Source: the human T2T-CHM13v2.0 reference genome, Homo sapiens. From it: 64,000 nt of DNA. Shown piece by piece: positions 12,373-25,937 of the stretch (position 1 is the stretch's first letter; every line of letters starts with the position of its first letter). Under the pieces are notes generated by a model that saw nothing but the letters and a program-made list of their open reading frames with translations, did no database searches and had not been told where the DNA came from. Location: the NCBI RefSeq assembly GCF_009914755.1, contig NC_060932.1; one strand, written 5' to 3'. The position numbers and the translations under genes are program-made.

Positions 12373-14396
12373 TGCTAGAGGTTTCTTTCACTTGCTCCTC
12401 AAAGGGAAGAATTTACCTCCTGGTGATATCAGTTGAATTGCGATATGGGTAATGCTGCTGTTCTGTCTTCAGTTTTCATCATAGTGACAAACATACTCAC
12501 TTCAGAGTTATGCAATCCTTTTCACTTTAATCTTAAAATTCTTTCAATTATAATATACAAAAGATTCAAAGATACACTATCTAGATAAATTTTACTCTTA
12601 AGAAATTAGTGCCAATTTGTCTAAAAATCTTAAGGTGATAGTTCTTGTTCAATACTGAAATCCTAGTTTATATGTATGTTTATATGTGTGTGTATGTGTA
12701 TGCGGTATATATACTTATAAAAGCTATTATGGTGCAAGTTTTGTCAACATTATTTCTGCAAGAACATTGTGCTGTTTCTGCAAGAGGACTTTGGTTAGTG
12801 AATTGAACACTGATGGCCAGCATTAAGCTACTGTTTTATAGTTAAAATGAAATGTCAAGGTTTTTAAATAGTTCACTCTTGAGATAATGCTATTACAAAG
12901 GACTCAATAAGAAAAAAATGAATGACCAATGGAGATTGGCTTATGACCATTCGAAAGAAGGCTCTGGGGAACAACTACAGGAACGCCTTGTTTTATTGCA
13001 CTTCTCTTTATTGAACTTCACAGATATTACATTTTTTACAAATTGAAGTTTTGTAGGAACCCTGTGTTGAACAAGTCTATCGATGCCGTTTTTCCGATAG
13101 CCAGCGCTCACCTCCTATCTCTGTCACAGTTTGGTAATTATCATAATATTTCAAAATTTTCATTATTATTATATCTGCTATGCTGATATCTGATTAGTGA
13201 TTTTTGATGTTATTACTGTTTTGGGGCACCACAAACCACACCCATATAAGATGACACTTCACTGATGAATGTTGTGTGTATCCTGACTGCTCCTCTGCCC
13301 AGCCGTTTCCCTACCTTTCTCCCTTTTCTTAGCCTCCCTATTCTTTGAGGCACAACAGTATTGAAATTAGGCCAATGTGTAACTCTACGATGGCCTCTAA
13401 GTATTTGAATGAAAAAGTCACGTATCTCTCATTTTAAGTCAGGAGCTAGAAATATGTAACCTTAATGTGAGGAAGGCATGTCAAAAGCTGAGACAGGCCA
13501 AAAGGTAGGCCTCTTGAACTGAATAGCTTGCCAAGTTGAGAATACAAAGGAAAAGTTGTCGAAGGAAATTAAAAGTGCTACTCCAGTGAACACATGAATG
13601 ATAAGAAGGTGAAACAGCCTGAATAGAGAAAACGTTATTGATCTAGATAGAAAATCAAACCAGCCACAGCATTCCTTTAAGCAAAAGCATAATCCAGAAC
13701 ATGGCCCTAACTCTCTTCAATTCTTTGAAGGCTCAGAGAGGTGAGGAAGCTTCAGAAGAAAATTCTGAAGCTAGCAGAGGTTGGTTACTGAGGTTTAAGA
13801 AAATAAGTTGCCCCCTTAACATGAAAGTGCAAGGTGATGCAGTAAGTGCTGATGGAGGGAGTTACCCAGATCTAGCTAAGATCACAGATGGAGGTAGTTA
13901 CACGAATAGCCTTCTTCTAGAAGATGACATCTAGGACTTTCATAGCTACAGAAGAAAAGAAGTCAATGACTGGCTTCAAAACCTCAAAGAACAGGTTGAC
14001 AGTCTTGTTAGGGGCTAACGCAGCTGATGACTTGAAGTTGAAGTCAATGCTTATTTACCATTCTCAAAATTCCAGGCCCCTTAATAATTATGCTAAACTT
14101 ACTCTGCCTGTGCTCTACAAATGGAGCAACTAGGCTTGGAAGACAGCATATCTGTTTACATCATAGTTTACTGAATATTTGAAACCTCCTATTGAGACCT
14201 ACTGCTCAGGAAAAAAATGATTTCTTTCAAAATGTTACTGCTCATTGACAATGCACCTGGTCACCCAATAGCTCTGATGGAGATGTACAAGGAGATTAAT
14301 GTTTTCATGCTTATTAACACAGCATCCATTCTGCAATTCATGGATAAAAGAGTAACTTTAATTTTCAAATTTTATTATTTAAGAAATATGCTTTGT

Positions 14397-14701
14397 GGCA
14401 GGGCACGGTGGCTCATGCCTGTAATCCCAGCACATTGAGAGGCTGAGGCGGGCGGATCACGAGGTCAGGAGATCGAGATCATCCTGGCTAACATGGTGAA
14501 ACCCCGTCTCTACTAAAAATACAAAAAATTAGCTGGGCGTGGTGGCAGCGCCTGTAGTCTCAACTACTCGGGGATTGAGGCAGGAGAATGGCATGAACCT
14601 GGGAGGTGGAGCTGGCAGTGAGCCAACATTGTGCCACTGCACTCTAGCCTGGGCGACAGAGGGAGACTCCATCTCAAAAAAAAAAAAAAAAAAAAAAAAA
14701 A
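14397..14701 (+). mobile_element. AluY nested in Tigger1
   Basis: gatcacgaggtcaggagatcgag, atcctggctaac, gaatggcatgaacc; long A tail; TSD gaaatatg(c/t)tttgt on both sides. Confidence 0.92.
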
Positions 14702-15532
14702 GGGAAATATGTTTTGTAAGGCTATAGCTGCCATAGATAGTGATTCCTCTGATGGATCTGGGCAAAGTACATTGAAAACCTTCCGGAAAGAATTCATCAT
14801 TCCAGATGCCTTAACATTGTCATTCATGGGAGGAGGCCAAAATATTAACAATAACAGGCATTTGGAAGAAGTTGATTCCAACCGTCATGGATGACTTTGA
14901 GGAGCTCAAGATGTCAGTGCAGAAAATAACTGCAGATGTGGTGGAAATGACAAGAGAATTAACAATTAGAAGCGGAGCCTGAAGATGTGACTGAATTGCT
15001 GCAAGCTCATGATAACACTTGAACAGATGAGGAGTTGCTTCTTAAAGTTGGGCAAAGAAAGTGTTATTTTTTTTTTTTTTGAGTTGGAATCTATTCCTGA
15101 TGAAGATGCTGTGAACATTGTTGAAATGACAACAAAGAATTTAGAATATTTTATAAGCTTAGTTGATAAAGCAGGGGCAAGGTTTGAGAAGACTGATTTC
15201 AACTAAGAAAGAAGTTCTGCGGGTAAAGTGCTATCAAATATCAATGCATGCTAAAGAGAAGTTTTTTTTTTTGTTTTGTTTTTTTGTTTTTTGTAAAAGG
15301 AAGAGTCATTTGATGCAGCAAACTTCATTGTTGTCTCATTTTAAGAAATTGCCACAGCCACCCCAGCCTTCAGCAACCACCACCTTGATCAGTCAGCAGC
15401 CATCAACATCAAAGTAAGACTCTCCATCAGTGAAAAAGATTATGACTCTCTGAAGACTTAGATGATCATTACCATTTTTTAAAGAAATTTTTTTTTTGTA
15501 TTTTAAAATTAAGGTATGTATATATTTTAAGA

Positions 15533-15751
15533 CAGGGGTGTACAATCTTTTGGCTTCCCTGGGCCACGTTGGAAGAAAAGGAATTGTCTTGGGCCACACA
15601 TAAAATACACTAAAACTAACTAGCTGATGAGCTAAAAAAATTACAAAATAATTTCATAATGTTTAAAGAAAGTTTATGAATTTGTGTTGGGCTGCATTCA
15701 AAGCCTTCCTGGGCCGCATGTGGCCTATGGGCCATGGGTCGGACAAGCTTG
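15533..15751 (+). mobile_element. MER30 hAT MITE nested in Tigger1
   Basis: caggggtgtacaatcttttggcttccctgggccac...ggacaagcttg; perfect 8-bp TSD ttttaaga at 15525-15532 and 15752-15759. Confidence 0.92.
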
Positions 15752-18334
15752 TTTTAAGACATAATGCTGTTACACATTAATAGGCTATAATATAGTGTAA
15801 ACATAGCTTTTACATGGCTTTTATACATACTGGGAAACCAAAGAATTATATGACTCACTTTATTGTGATATTCACTTTATAGTTGTGGTCTGAAAATGTA
15901 CCCACAGTGTCTTCAAGGTATGCTTGATTGGCTTTTGTTTGTCTGCTTGCTTATGTTTTTCCTCATCTGAGCAGAAAGAATTTTAATTATCATTCTCTTT
16001 TCCAGAGTTTTCTCATACAGTGGAACGAGCATCATCTACTTCTGGGCTGGCAAGGACAGCTTCTCCAGGCATATCAGCCATGACTTCTCTAGAAGTTAGG
16101 GGAGGAAACATTTCCTTTATCTTTATTTTTTCAGTGTTACTCAAAGCACCATACCTTTCCTGCTTCTCATACTGGAGGCTGAGTTCAACATGTTTTGGGA
16201 ACCCTTTAGGGGCTGCAGTGTGAGAATGTATTGTTCACACTAAAAACATCTGTAATGCAAACAACCACTGATTAACCTAAGAGTAATTTGTTGCGTTAGA
16301 TGTGGATGTTTGCTTCACAGATTTGTACACTAGGCAGACATTTGTGCATGAAAATTAGTTTTCCGTGATGTTTCATGGCCAAAAAAAAAAAAAAATTCTT
16401 CCCTGACCATGAGAAATGGATGCTGTGTTATGTGTACACAGCTTTGGGCTTCAGGGCACTGTAGGATTTCATAAGATCCGTGAAATCTTTTTTTCTTCAC
16501 TCTCTCTCTCTTTATTCATGGGAAATATTATAACTTATTGGGACCTCATCTGATAGCATTTCTTTTAGTAGGGAGGGATGTTAAAATCAATGGTATTTAA
16601 TGATGGAAGACATCGCCTTGGGCTAAAGCATTTTAATTATGTGGGCAGACCAACATGTATCCTTCATTTTCTTCCATCCGGATTCAAAAAAAAAAAAAAA
16701 ATGAAGCAAAGCAAGATAGGGAACTTCCGCTACACATATTCCAATCTCTAAAACTTCTGGTTTCCTTTTTTCTAAATTATATAACAAGAATTCTAAAGAC
16801 CTGTTTAAGCTTCCCCAAACGAGTTATGATTTGATCTCATTTTGGGGACCATTAGATGAGCAACAGGATTTTTATTAGTATAGTGACAATTTTCTTTTTT
16901 CTCTCCTTTTGTCTTCAGTATGGACATGCCTTCCTATCAACAGCATGTTTCAAGAAAAGTTTTGTGGATTTTATCTCCTGCTTATATTAAATAAGACATA
17001 ATTGAAAAATATATTTTTAGATTTTATAAAATGTATCCATAATGTGATTCCAGTTGGGTTTGAAGAGAAAGCCATATAAAGAAAAACAAAGCTGAGCAAT
17101 TTGAGCTATTATAGATGTCATAACTCCCCCTGGGTGAGTGAAGTGGGTTTGAATGAGCTAGCACCCATTTAAGTTCTTGGTACATGGAGCATGAATCTTT
17201 GAGACCCATGTTTGTTTACACATGAAAAAACAAAATACTATTTCAGAGGGAAAAATCACAACCATCAGAAAGCTTTTGGACATCAAATGGATCTTAAAAA
17301 TCAACAATTTGATGAGTTAACTCAAAATGAATCAGAAACATATGGATTAAATCTCTCTTACCAAACACATGGGTTTAAAAGGAAAAGAGAACTTAGAAAA
17401 TGTGTTTTGAGTTTCCTCAAACCCAAAATGTTTGAAAAATAATATAATTTGAAGCAATCGGTGGACTCAAAATGTGCTTGACTTCTCCCAATCTTGAGTA
17501 CGCCCACTTACTGAGTCTATAGTGATAACGTTTTATTTTTCAAATGAACAACAAATACAAAGGGAAACTGAGCTACTCCTGGGTCTTCCTGCACATCTGA
17601 ACAATGGGGTTGAAATTGAACAGCAAGTACTCTTTATAATTACTAGGAATTATTTTGAAAGGTCTATAGAATATAACTCAGTTTTTTCTTTAGAACACAT
17701 TTTATTTTCAAACCGGAATTAGCATAAAAGGGGGAATTAAATTTTTCTAATGGTTTCACATGTTTCTTACTGTTCTGTGGACTGGAATCAACTAACTTTT
17801 AAAAGGAACCTGTGCTCAGATTGTTTGCATAAGTACTCAAGGTGATACACATACTTTTAAACATGAGGAAATGCCATACATCACGTTAAACATGAAGTTC
17901 TTGGCTTATAGCCACCTTTTTATGCCATTTTGAAAAGTATTTGGTTTCTGAATTAGTACTAAAATAACAAAATTGAAATTACATTTTGTGCTTGCTCACA
18001 GCTGATGTCTGGATTTTTATCTGTATTGAACTAAGACAGAGATTGATTTTTTTTGTCATCTTACACACTACTGAACTCATTGACCCACTGAATACTTCAC
18101 ACTGTTTACTTTATAATAATCACAACTACTATTGCTAGCTTTATAAGAGTCAAAGGGGAATTTTTTATTCAGATTATGTGTCTTGTTAAAAGAACCATGG
18201 GATCATCTTTACTCAAAACATAGACAAATACTCTCATGCTTCTTTTAACAACCTTCCATTAGCTGTGGCAGAATCTATGTACTAGAATGCACTGTGAAGA
18301 CACAAAGGAGACCTCAAGGTGATGTGGGCTGGGG

Positions 18335-18575
18335 TGTAGTGGAGAAGAGCATGGATCAAGCTCCCTTCATTCAAATCTTGGTTCCATCACTTACTAGTCT
18401 GTGATCTGCAGTGACATCCTTAACTTTTTGAAGCTTTTTTTATTCATTCGCAAAATGAGGATAATAATAATATTTATCTCATGGAGATTGTTGTATGAAA
18501 TGAGATAATACATGAAGAATTCTTGGAATAGAATAGTAAATAGCTATGAAATTAAGAGATTAGCTTTTAGTATTA
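18335..18575 (+). mobile_element. MIR
   Basis: 'gtgtagtggagaagagcatgga...ttcaaatcttggttccatcacttactag...caaaatgaggataataataat'. Confidence 0.75.
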
Positions 18576-19584
18576 TCAATAATGGAAAGAACCTGGGTTA
18601 TAGGAATTAAATGAGCTAACACATGAGAAAACAGGTTTAAGTTCTAAATTACTATACAAAAAATAAATATTTTCCTAGAATTAACTGGAAGCATGGTCCC
18701 ATGCTTGGGAGACAGAGGAGAATGAATATAAGAAAGAACAAATAACAGAGATTTCTGGTGTTATTGAACCAGTTTATGCATTCCTTCTAGACCACTTAAT
18801 ACAAGACATTTATCTGTAGAAAGGGTAATAGAATTCTGGTGTAAATTTTAATTGCAGCAGTGATTACCTTTAGATCCTGTGAGTTCATTATTGGCTGAAC
18901 AATTCCGAAGACTCTCGTTAAATGGTCCATGGAATGAATCAGGCATAGAATTAACCTATCTTTAGTTCCCTAAAGCTTATGTCCCATGAAGGAGTACTTA
19001 TATTGCTTTATGCCTATACCTTCTATACCCTTGATTCTTAAAAAAAAAAATAGTTAAAGAGGTCAAACCCAGAATTCCAGGTGAATTGACCCTTAAGTAA
19101 TTGAAAATTAAAAAAATTCCAGTGGCAGAAATTATTTTAAATGACTACCATCTTTGTCTTGCAGCTACTTTAACTGCAAGTTATTATTGGCTATGCCGTG
19201 TGGTTTGGATGCCAATTGCAAGGCAGCTGCCCTGCCCCAGCCTGGGAATTCTCTGCAGGGGATTCTTCAGGAAAAGAGGCATTTTGTGCAATGGAAGAAT
19301 AAGTACTAGGTTAATAACCACTAAATATATCTTTTTCCAAAGCTCTGGTGAAATTCAAATAGTATTTTCATTGCTTAAAGTGTTGTTTTCAAAACGGAGA
19401 ACTGAATTGGATTTGCTGAATTTGTGAGAATATTCCTTTGCCATATCAATTTTTTCACCATGGAAAAAGTGGGCATTACTACTTTGAAAGTGTTGTCTTG
19501 AAAACTTCTTTGTATAAATTTCTCTTTCAGAGACTTGCCATTTATGTATTCTGGAATATCTTTTATATTAATCCTTCATTGGGG

Positions 19585-20260
19585 TCTTCGAAAGATCATA
19601 GATTCATTGACTCTGAGGGTTTACAGGCCATCTTATCCAGCCTCTTCTCCCATGCGTGAATCTTTCACCAAACCAAATGATTTTATAATCTGCACCTCTA
19701 ATATCAGAAACTTGCTATATCGCAAGGCAGCTTAGTTAATCTTCAGACAGCTTTACTTGTTAGAAAGCGCTTCTTTATGTTCAGGTGAAATTGATTCCTT
19801 TATAACACCCACCAACTAGCCTAATTATATTAATAAGTACCATACAGTTCAGACCTAATCCCCTTTCCACATTTCCAGTACCTATTCCTAACCTAGTTTG
19901 ATTCACTTACTGAGCCTAATTGTGTGCTGATAGTCATTGATCATTTCAGCTCTCTTTCCATCTGGTTTGATCCTGGGATGCCCCAGTTAAGCTCTATTTT
20001 TCCTAAAGGACAATGATATTCCAGAAGTAGTGTGACCACTGCATTATATAGGACTGCATTATATTGTCAGCTTTGGACTAGCTTCTACGTGGACCATTGA
20101 AAAATAAGATTATATTAGCCTTTATTGCTAGTCTTTATTGAATTGACTCATAAAGCCAACTAAAATTACTGTTAATTTTTCTCACAGTAAAGTTACATTT
20201 CATCTCTTGCACATAATTAGGGTTGTTTACTGGATTACCTATTGACTCTTCACTTTTTGG
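19585..20260 (-). mobile_element. L3/CR1-like ancient LINE fragment (may continue to ~21450)
   Basis: 'aggccatcttatccagcc...aaggcagc...gacagctttacttgttagaaagcgcttctttatgttcagg' resembles the reverse L3 3' region. Confidence 0.55.
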
Positions 20261-20682
20261 TTTAACTGTGGTCTCAAAATACAGAAGTACTTAGTAGCTA
20301 GAGGTAAAAAATGATTTGTATCATGTATGTCTATCCCACATAGACTGACATAGTTAAGAGAGAAAGTTGTACATGTAGCCAGGTGGCTTCTCTTAATTCT
20401 CTCTACTACTTGCTAGATTAGAGAGTCCTTCCTCTATCCATGTTAATTTCATTCCAGCACAAAGCAGAGAAGCAAAGGACAGACGTGCTGCCACTAACCT
20501 CCATCTCACACATGCTCAGCATTAACCCCTCTCACAGACAGAAGAATGTGCAAAGGCTAGTGGATTCATTGATTCCAGAACTTCACTGGAACACACTGTC
20601 TTATGCCATTTACCTCATTTGTCTTTTCCCAGCCATATTTTCCCATTTTTCTATAGAATTTTCCCCCAAAGAATGAAATATA

Positions 20683-20993
20683 GGTCAGGTGTAGTGGTTC
20701 ACGCCTGTAATCCCAACATGTTGGGAGGCCGGGACAGGAGAATCACTTGAGTCCAGGAGTTTAAAACCAGCCTGGGCGACATGGTGAAACTCCATCTCTA
20801 CCAAAAAAATTAGCTGGTCATGGTGGTGTGTGCATGTAGTCCCAATTACTCAGGAGGCTGGATTGGGAGAATCACCTGAGCCCAGGAGGCAAAGATTGTA
20901 GTGAGCCAAGATTGTGTCACTGCATTCCAGCCTAAGCTACAGAGGCAACCCCATCTCAAAAAAAAAAAGAAAGAAAGAAAAAGAAAAAAAAAG
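20683..20993 (+). mobile_element. AluJb-like
   Basis: Dimeric Alu with J diagnostics; TSD agaatgaaat(a/g)ta at 20670-20682 and 20994-21006. Confidence 0.9.
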
Positions 20994-23900
20994 AGAATGA
21001 AATGTAAAATTATGCACTTATTGCCATTAAGTTATTGTATTAGATTTCGGCCGTTATCCTACTTGTCAGATCTTTTGAAATCTTCCTTCTGTCCTTTAGT
21101 GTGTTCACTATACTTCCCAGATTTTTGTCTTTCACTAGTTTGATCTGTCTATTCAATTAGCATTGATGGTTGTACGTATCCAACATTGAGCGACACTAAA
21201 GGATTGGTTTATATTTCAAGTGCCAAGTCTGCCACCTGTTTGATGGCTTCAGAAAGAATAACAAGTTTTTTTTTTTTTAAGATAATGAGTTCAACTCATC
21301 CAATTCATACTCTTGAAACCGAAAACTTCAGGAGATGTCAACACGTGACTTTATCAGTATTTCTCGTAAGTTATTTAAGGATTTTCATGTTAAGTTAAAT
21401 TGATGTAAAACAAACACACTTAAAATATCATGGATAACCTACCAGAAGTGAACAACAGTATCTCTTTCCTTCATGTGGAAGACTTGGCGAGACATCCTTT
21501 ATCATATTTGTCATGGTTGTTTTCTCATAAGCATGAAGCAGGTAAAAATGAGACAACAAATTAGCTCACAGTTTGAAGGACCTCATGCATGATCTCATAT
21601 TAGATTGATTATATGGAGAATAAGTAAGGACCACAGTATCAACATAATTTATCTCCTTTGAGAAACAGGATCAAATAAACAGTAATGGAATTTAAAAAAC
21701 TTAAAAGCTTCAGAGAATTAATTAAATTTCCCCAATATATGATGGGAGAGCTATTGAACCCAAAAAGACTCATACAACCCCTAATTGCTAATCTTCTCAA
21801 GGAATTGACTTATTGGATTCTTTCTACCAGCTGTTTAGAGGTTACAGAAAACGCACCAGGCTTTGCTGATGACCCAAGTGCCTTAATTCCTATGCATGCA
21901 TATTTTAACATTATTACAGAAAGGTTTCATTTGCAATTTACAGGCTGAGTAGCAATGAGTCCGTTTCAAAGAGGTCAGTGCTTTCACCATGCCTCCTAGT
22001 GATGGAATTATGGTTTAAACAGCTGGAGCACTGTCCCAGGAGGGACACTGGGGTATGGCTCCTTAACGGCAGAATAAATCCATCAGACATATTTCATGTG
22101 TCTGATAACATTAATAGATACCAGGGCTGTTTAAATATTTAATGAACTCACTCAGAGACTGTTTACCAAGGGGAGAAAAAAAGCTATCAGAAAGGATGAT
22201 CACATCCTTTTGATCTACAATGACAACAACAAAACCGAAATCTCAGCCAATGATTTCTCTTTCTTGCTGCAAACTCCATCACGGGAAACCGTTTGCTGCA
22301 TGACATGTTTCATTTCCACAGTCTGCAAGAGAGAGTTTTCAGTTTTGCAGTTCAAAAGTTAATCATTTCCATGCGACTCACTACTTAATAGAGATGCCAG
22401 AAATCATAGAATAGCTTTCAGTTGGGATGGAGAAAACAGCAGAGGAAAGACAGAGACACTAGAGCAAGCTAATGGTTTGCAGTGCACACGGAGCCACAGA
22501 AGCCCTGGGTGTGTTAATGAGGAGGGCATCTGCTAGAAAGAGAGAGTAAGCAGAATGTCAGTTGTGGCTGCTGGCTACCTTTGCTGATGGTCTTTAGGAG
22601 GATTCCTTGCTACAGAATCCTTCTTTCTGGAGATGGACAGTAGTCATTAAAAGAAAAAAAATCACGTCCTGATATTTGGCATACTTTTATTCTAGTCTGA
22701 GGGCAAGATTGTTTGGATTTATGAAATTTCACTGAAAATGGTTTGGCTAGGCAGAATAAAATGGTTTTATTCTGTGGTTTCAGATGCCTGTTTGGTCATG
22801 CAAAACTGAAACAATAGCTAAGTTTCAAATGATGGGAAATAGCTGGCACTAGGTCCTTCCTGTCTGTTGGCACCAACAAACAGTCATGTTGAAAAATGGT
22901 CTATCACACACTGTCCAGAGCATGTCTTTTTCTCAATTATGTTTATTATAACTCTAATCCGGTTCTTTTCATGGGATTAAGGTGACACAGAGGCCTGGTG
23001 TCCACCATCTTGGTCTGTTCTAATACCTGATAAATTCAGCCTAGATTAGAATGAATTAAGAATGCCTCCTAGACCAGGTTGAAAATGTCTGGCCATTTGG
23101 CGATTTAACTCTAAAGCAGTTTTCTTTGGGGACCAAGAGAGTATCTTGGCTTAATTAAAAATGGATACATTTTTGAACATCTCAAATGAATGCCATTAGC
23201 ATTATTTATACTCTGTTTTCTCTCAATTCTGTTTTGCTATAGGTTTGTAATTTGTTATAAAAGCATAAGAAAGCAGATGGTGGATTTCCTGAGAGCATTG
23301 TGTTGCTCTACTTTTGGAAGGGCTGTCATTCTCAGAAATGAAAGACTTACACTAGACCATACCTTTCCAAACAAATCATTTTCAAGTATATAAATAGCAT
23401 AATTAATCACAATGGAAATATAAAATGTTTAATCAGTAGCAGATGGACTGAAACAAAGAAATTTTATGTACAAGGCTATTTGAAACGTTCAGCATTGCAT
23501 ACTTTTTTATATGTTTGTAAAAACTGATTTTAGGGGCCAAGATTTTATTTGAACTTAATTGTTAATATTTTGTTCTGTATTTTTCTGGCAAGAAGATTAA
23601 GCAGTCCATCTAGCTGCTGTTTTAGGAAAGCAAGTGAGTCACTGCCTGGCATAATAGAAAAGTTAACTAAAATATACATTTACAAGAGGACAGTTTAAAT
23701 TCTCCAGATTCCCCTGTTTATGGTAATCAATGGTAAAATTTCTTTATGTCTTTGAAAGAGAGCAACCTGGGAGAAACACTGCATGGGAAAATGTATCTGG
23801 TGTGGGAAAAAAAGTCACAGATCTTTAATGTTGATTATCATTTTAAATCTTTTAAGTGAGTGTGCTTTAGAAGAGAAAAAATTTTAACAGTAAAGAAGCA

Positions 23901-25053
23901 GGGAACTCCTTTTGGATATAGGGTCTGGTTTGACTAAATTCTACAGCAATAAAAGCTGAAACTAATTTCCAGATGGAATAAATTGGTTCCAGGGTTTCTG
24001 AAATTTTGGCCAGCATGTTGCACAGCTGAAGCTGATCCTTGCTCAGAACTATTACCAAAGCGGGTGGGAAGGGAGGGGAAAAGGCTCGATGGGGATACAT
24101 TTCCCAAGAGATCATAGGGTTGGGCATTTAATGGGGTTCTGCTTGCTTCAGCTTTCCGTTTCTCTGTGTTTCAAAGTTTGGCAGTTCAAATCATGTCTCA
24201 GAACCATTTGTGGACTCTACCCCTGTCCTGGCAGTGGAACACAATCTGTGAAGGCAATTATCCTAGTAATGAAAATTCTAACACTTTAGTTAGATACATG
24301 CACCCACCATGCATTTTGGTACATTCTGAACTGACTGAAGTGGGATGATGATGCATGGGGGCCTGAGTACTGACAGGTCTTTTCTTTCTAGACAAAGGGC
24401 ATAAGACTATTCCTAGCCACCTTAAAAATAATTTTGAAACATCCTCAAGTAGATATAGGCTATACTCATGGAACTGTGGCCTTCTCACTGTATCATCATG
24501 ATGTGAAAGCCTAGAAGGGTGTCCAGTGTTCTATGTCACAAACAGGCCAGGAACAGACCAGGAAGAGGGAGCCATAAACCTCCTATGGTCAGTGTCACAG
24601 ACTTCAGGGAATGACCCCAGTGCATGTTCTTTTACTCACCACCCAAATGAGGCCCCAAAGTGAAATGCTGATTTCACTAAGCATATTTCTATTTGGAAAA
24701 TTCTTGTAGTCCAGGTGATCTGAGGACTTTTTTTTTTTGGACATTTTGGATGTTCATTCATGGTTGTCTACGGTTTTAATTCTCTACTTTTTCTGCTAAT
24801 CTTCTTGAATAGTTTTGAGTGGTCAATATTTCTGCCTCTCTTTTCCTCTTTACCCATTGTGAAAACTTCTGAAATCTGATTTTTTTCCTATAATTCTGTA
24901 CAATCACCTCATCTGAAATATTGCAACATTTTCTCTATTGTGGTACTTACTGAATTTAATTCTCTTGTACTACTGCTTAGGAGATGGTTTTGAGTGGGAG
25001 TGGGGGTAGGACAAAGTGACTATATAAAGTCCTCTGTTAAAAATTGGCATCAT

Positions 25054-25088
25054 CATTCCAGTCTGGGTGACTGAATGAGACCCCATCT

Positions 25089-25120
<32 letters not shown>
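25054..25120 (+). mobile_element. Severely 5'-truncated Alu (last ~36 nt plus A31)
   Basis: cattccagtctgggtgactgaatgagaccccatctc followed by pure poly(A). Confidence 0.8.
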
Positions 25121-25123
<3 letters not shown>

Positions 25124-25382
25124 TCACCAGTTACTCCTTGGCCCAAGTCAGGAATCTGGGACTCATTCCAAGCAGTGTCCTCTCCTTTAGCTCTGATGCC
25201 ACGTTGGCCTTCAGGTTGAGTATTTCTCTCCATAGCATCTCTTGAATGATCTCCTTCCTTTCTCTTCCCATTGACTTGGCCTTATTTCCAGCCTCCATCA
25301 CTCAACACATCAGCTTCTTTACTGGCCTCCTTGTCTCTGTGCTTGCTCTTCTATCTTTACTCCACAGAGCTGCTAAGTTAAT

Positions 25383-25937
25383 ATTAAGGACTGAAGGTTT
25401 ATGTTTTCCCCAAATTGCATATTTCGAAGCCCTAACCCCCAGTGTAATGGTATTTGGAGGTAGAGCCTTTGGGAGGTAGCTAGGGTTAGACGAGGTCATG
25501 AAGACCGGGCCCCTTGATGAGATTAATGTTCTTAGAAAAAGAGATCAGGATGCTCTCTCTCTGCCACGTGAGACACAGTGAGAAAGAGGGCCTTTACCCA
25601 GAATGGAATTCGCTGCACCCTGACCTTGGCCACCAGAACTGTGATCAATAAATGTCTGTTGTTAAAACACATAGAAGAGAACAACACACCCGCCTTTCAG
25701 AGGGTAAAAGGTGGGTGGATGGAGAGGATCAAGAAAAATAGCTAACGGATACTAGGCTTAATAACTGGATGATGAAATAATCTGTACAACAAAGCCCCAT
25801 GACACATTTACTTATGTAACAAACCTGCACTTGTGCCCCTGAATTTAAAATAAAAGTTAAAAATAATCTAATTTAAAAAACAAAATACAACACCAGTCTA
25901 TGGTATTTTGTTGTAGCAGCCTGAGCTGGCTAACACA
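25383..25937 (+). mobile_element. MLT1A/MLT1A0 solo LTR interrupted by an L1PA 3' fragment
   Basis: 'gaagccctaacccccagtgtaatggtatttggaggtagagcctttgggaggta'; 'aataaatgtctgttgtt'; end 'cagtctatggtattttgttgtagcagcctgagctggctaacaca'. Confidence 0.88.
25666..25890 (+). mobile_element. L1PA13-16-like 3'UTR fragment
   Basis: 'tactaggcttaataactggatgatgaaataatctgtacaacaaagccccatgacac...gtaacaaacctgcac...ccctgaatttaaaataaaagtt'. Confidence 0.85.

Larger units (their letters stand above)
12978..15926 (+). mobile_element. Tigger1 DNA transposon, near full length, with decayed pogo-type transposase
   Basis: 5' end ta|caggaacgccttgttttattgc, 3' end aaggtatgcttg; fragmented transposase frames 13701-15206 ([53 protein letters not shown]). 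Confidence 0.95.

Noticed and set aside
13701-15206. Domesticated TIGD/CENP-B-like gene
   Set aside because: Transposase is broken by stops, frameshifts, deletions and an Alu insertion
16890-16925. Strong plus-strand acceptor ctctccttttgtcttcag
   Set aside because: No nearby matching donor or ORF to define an exon
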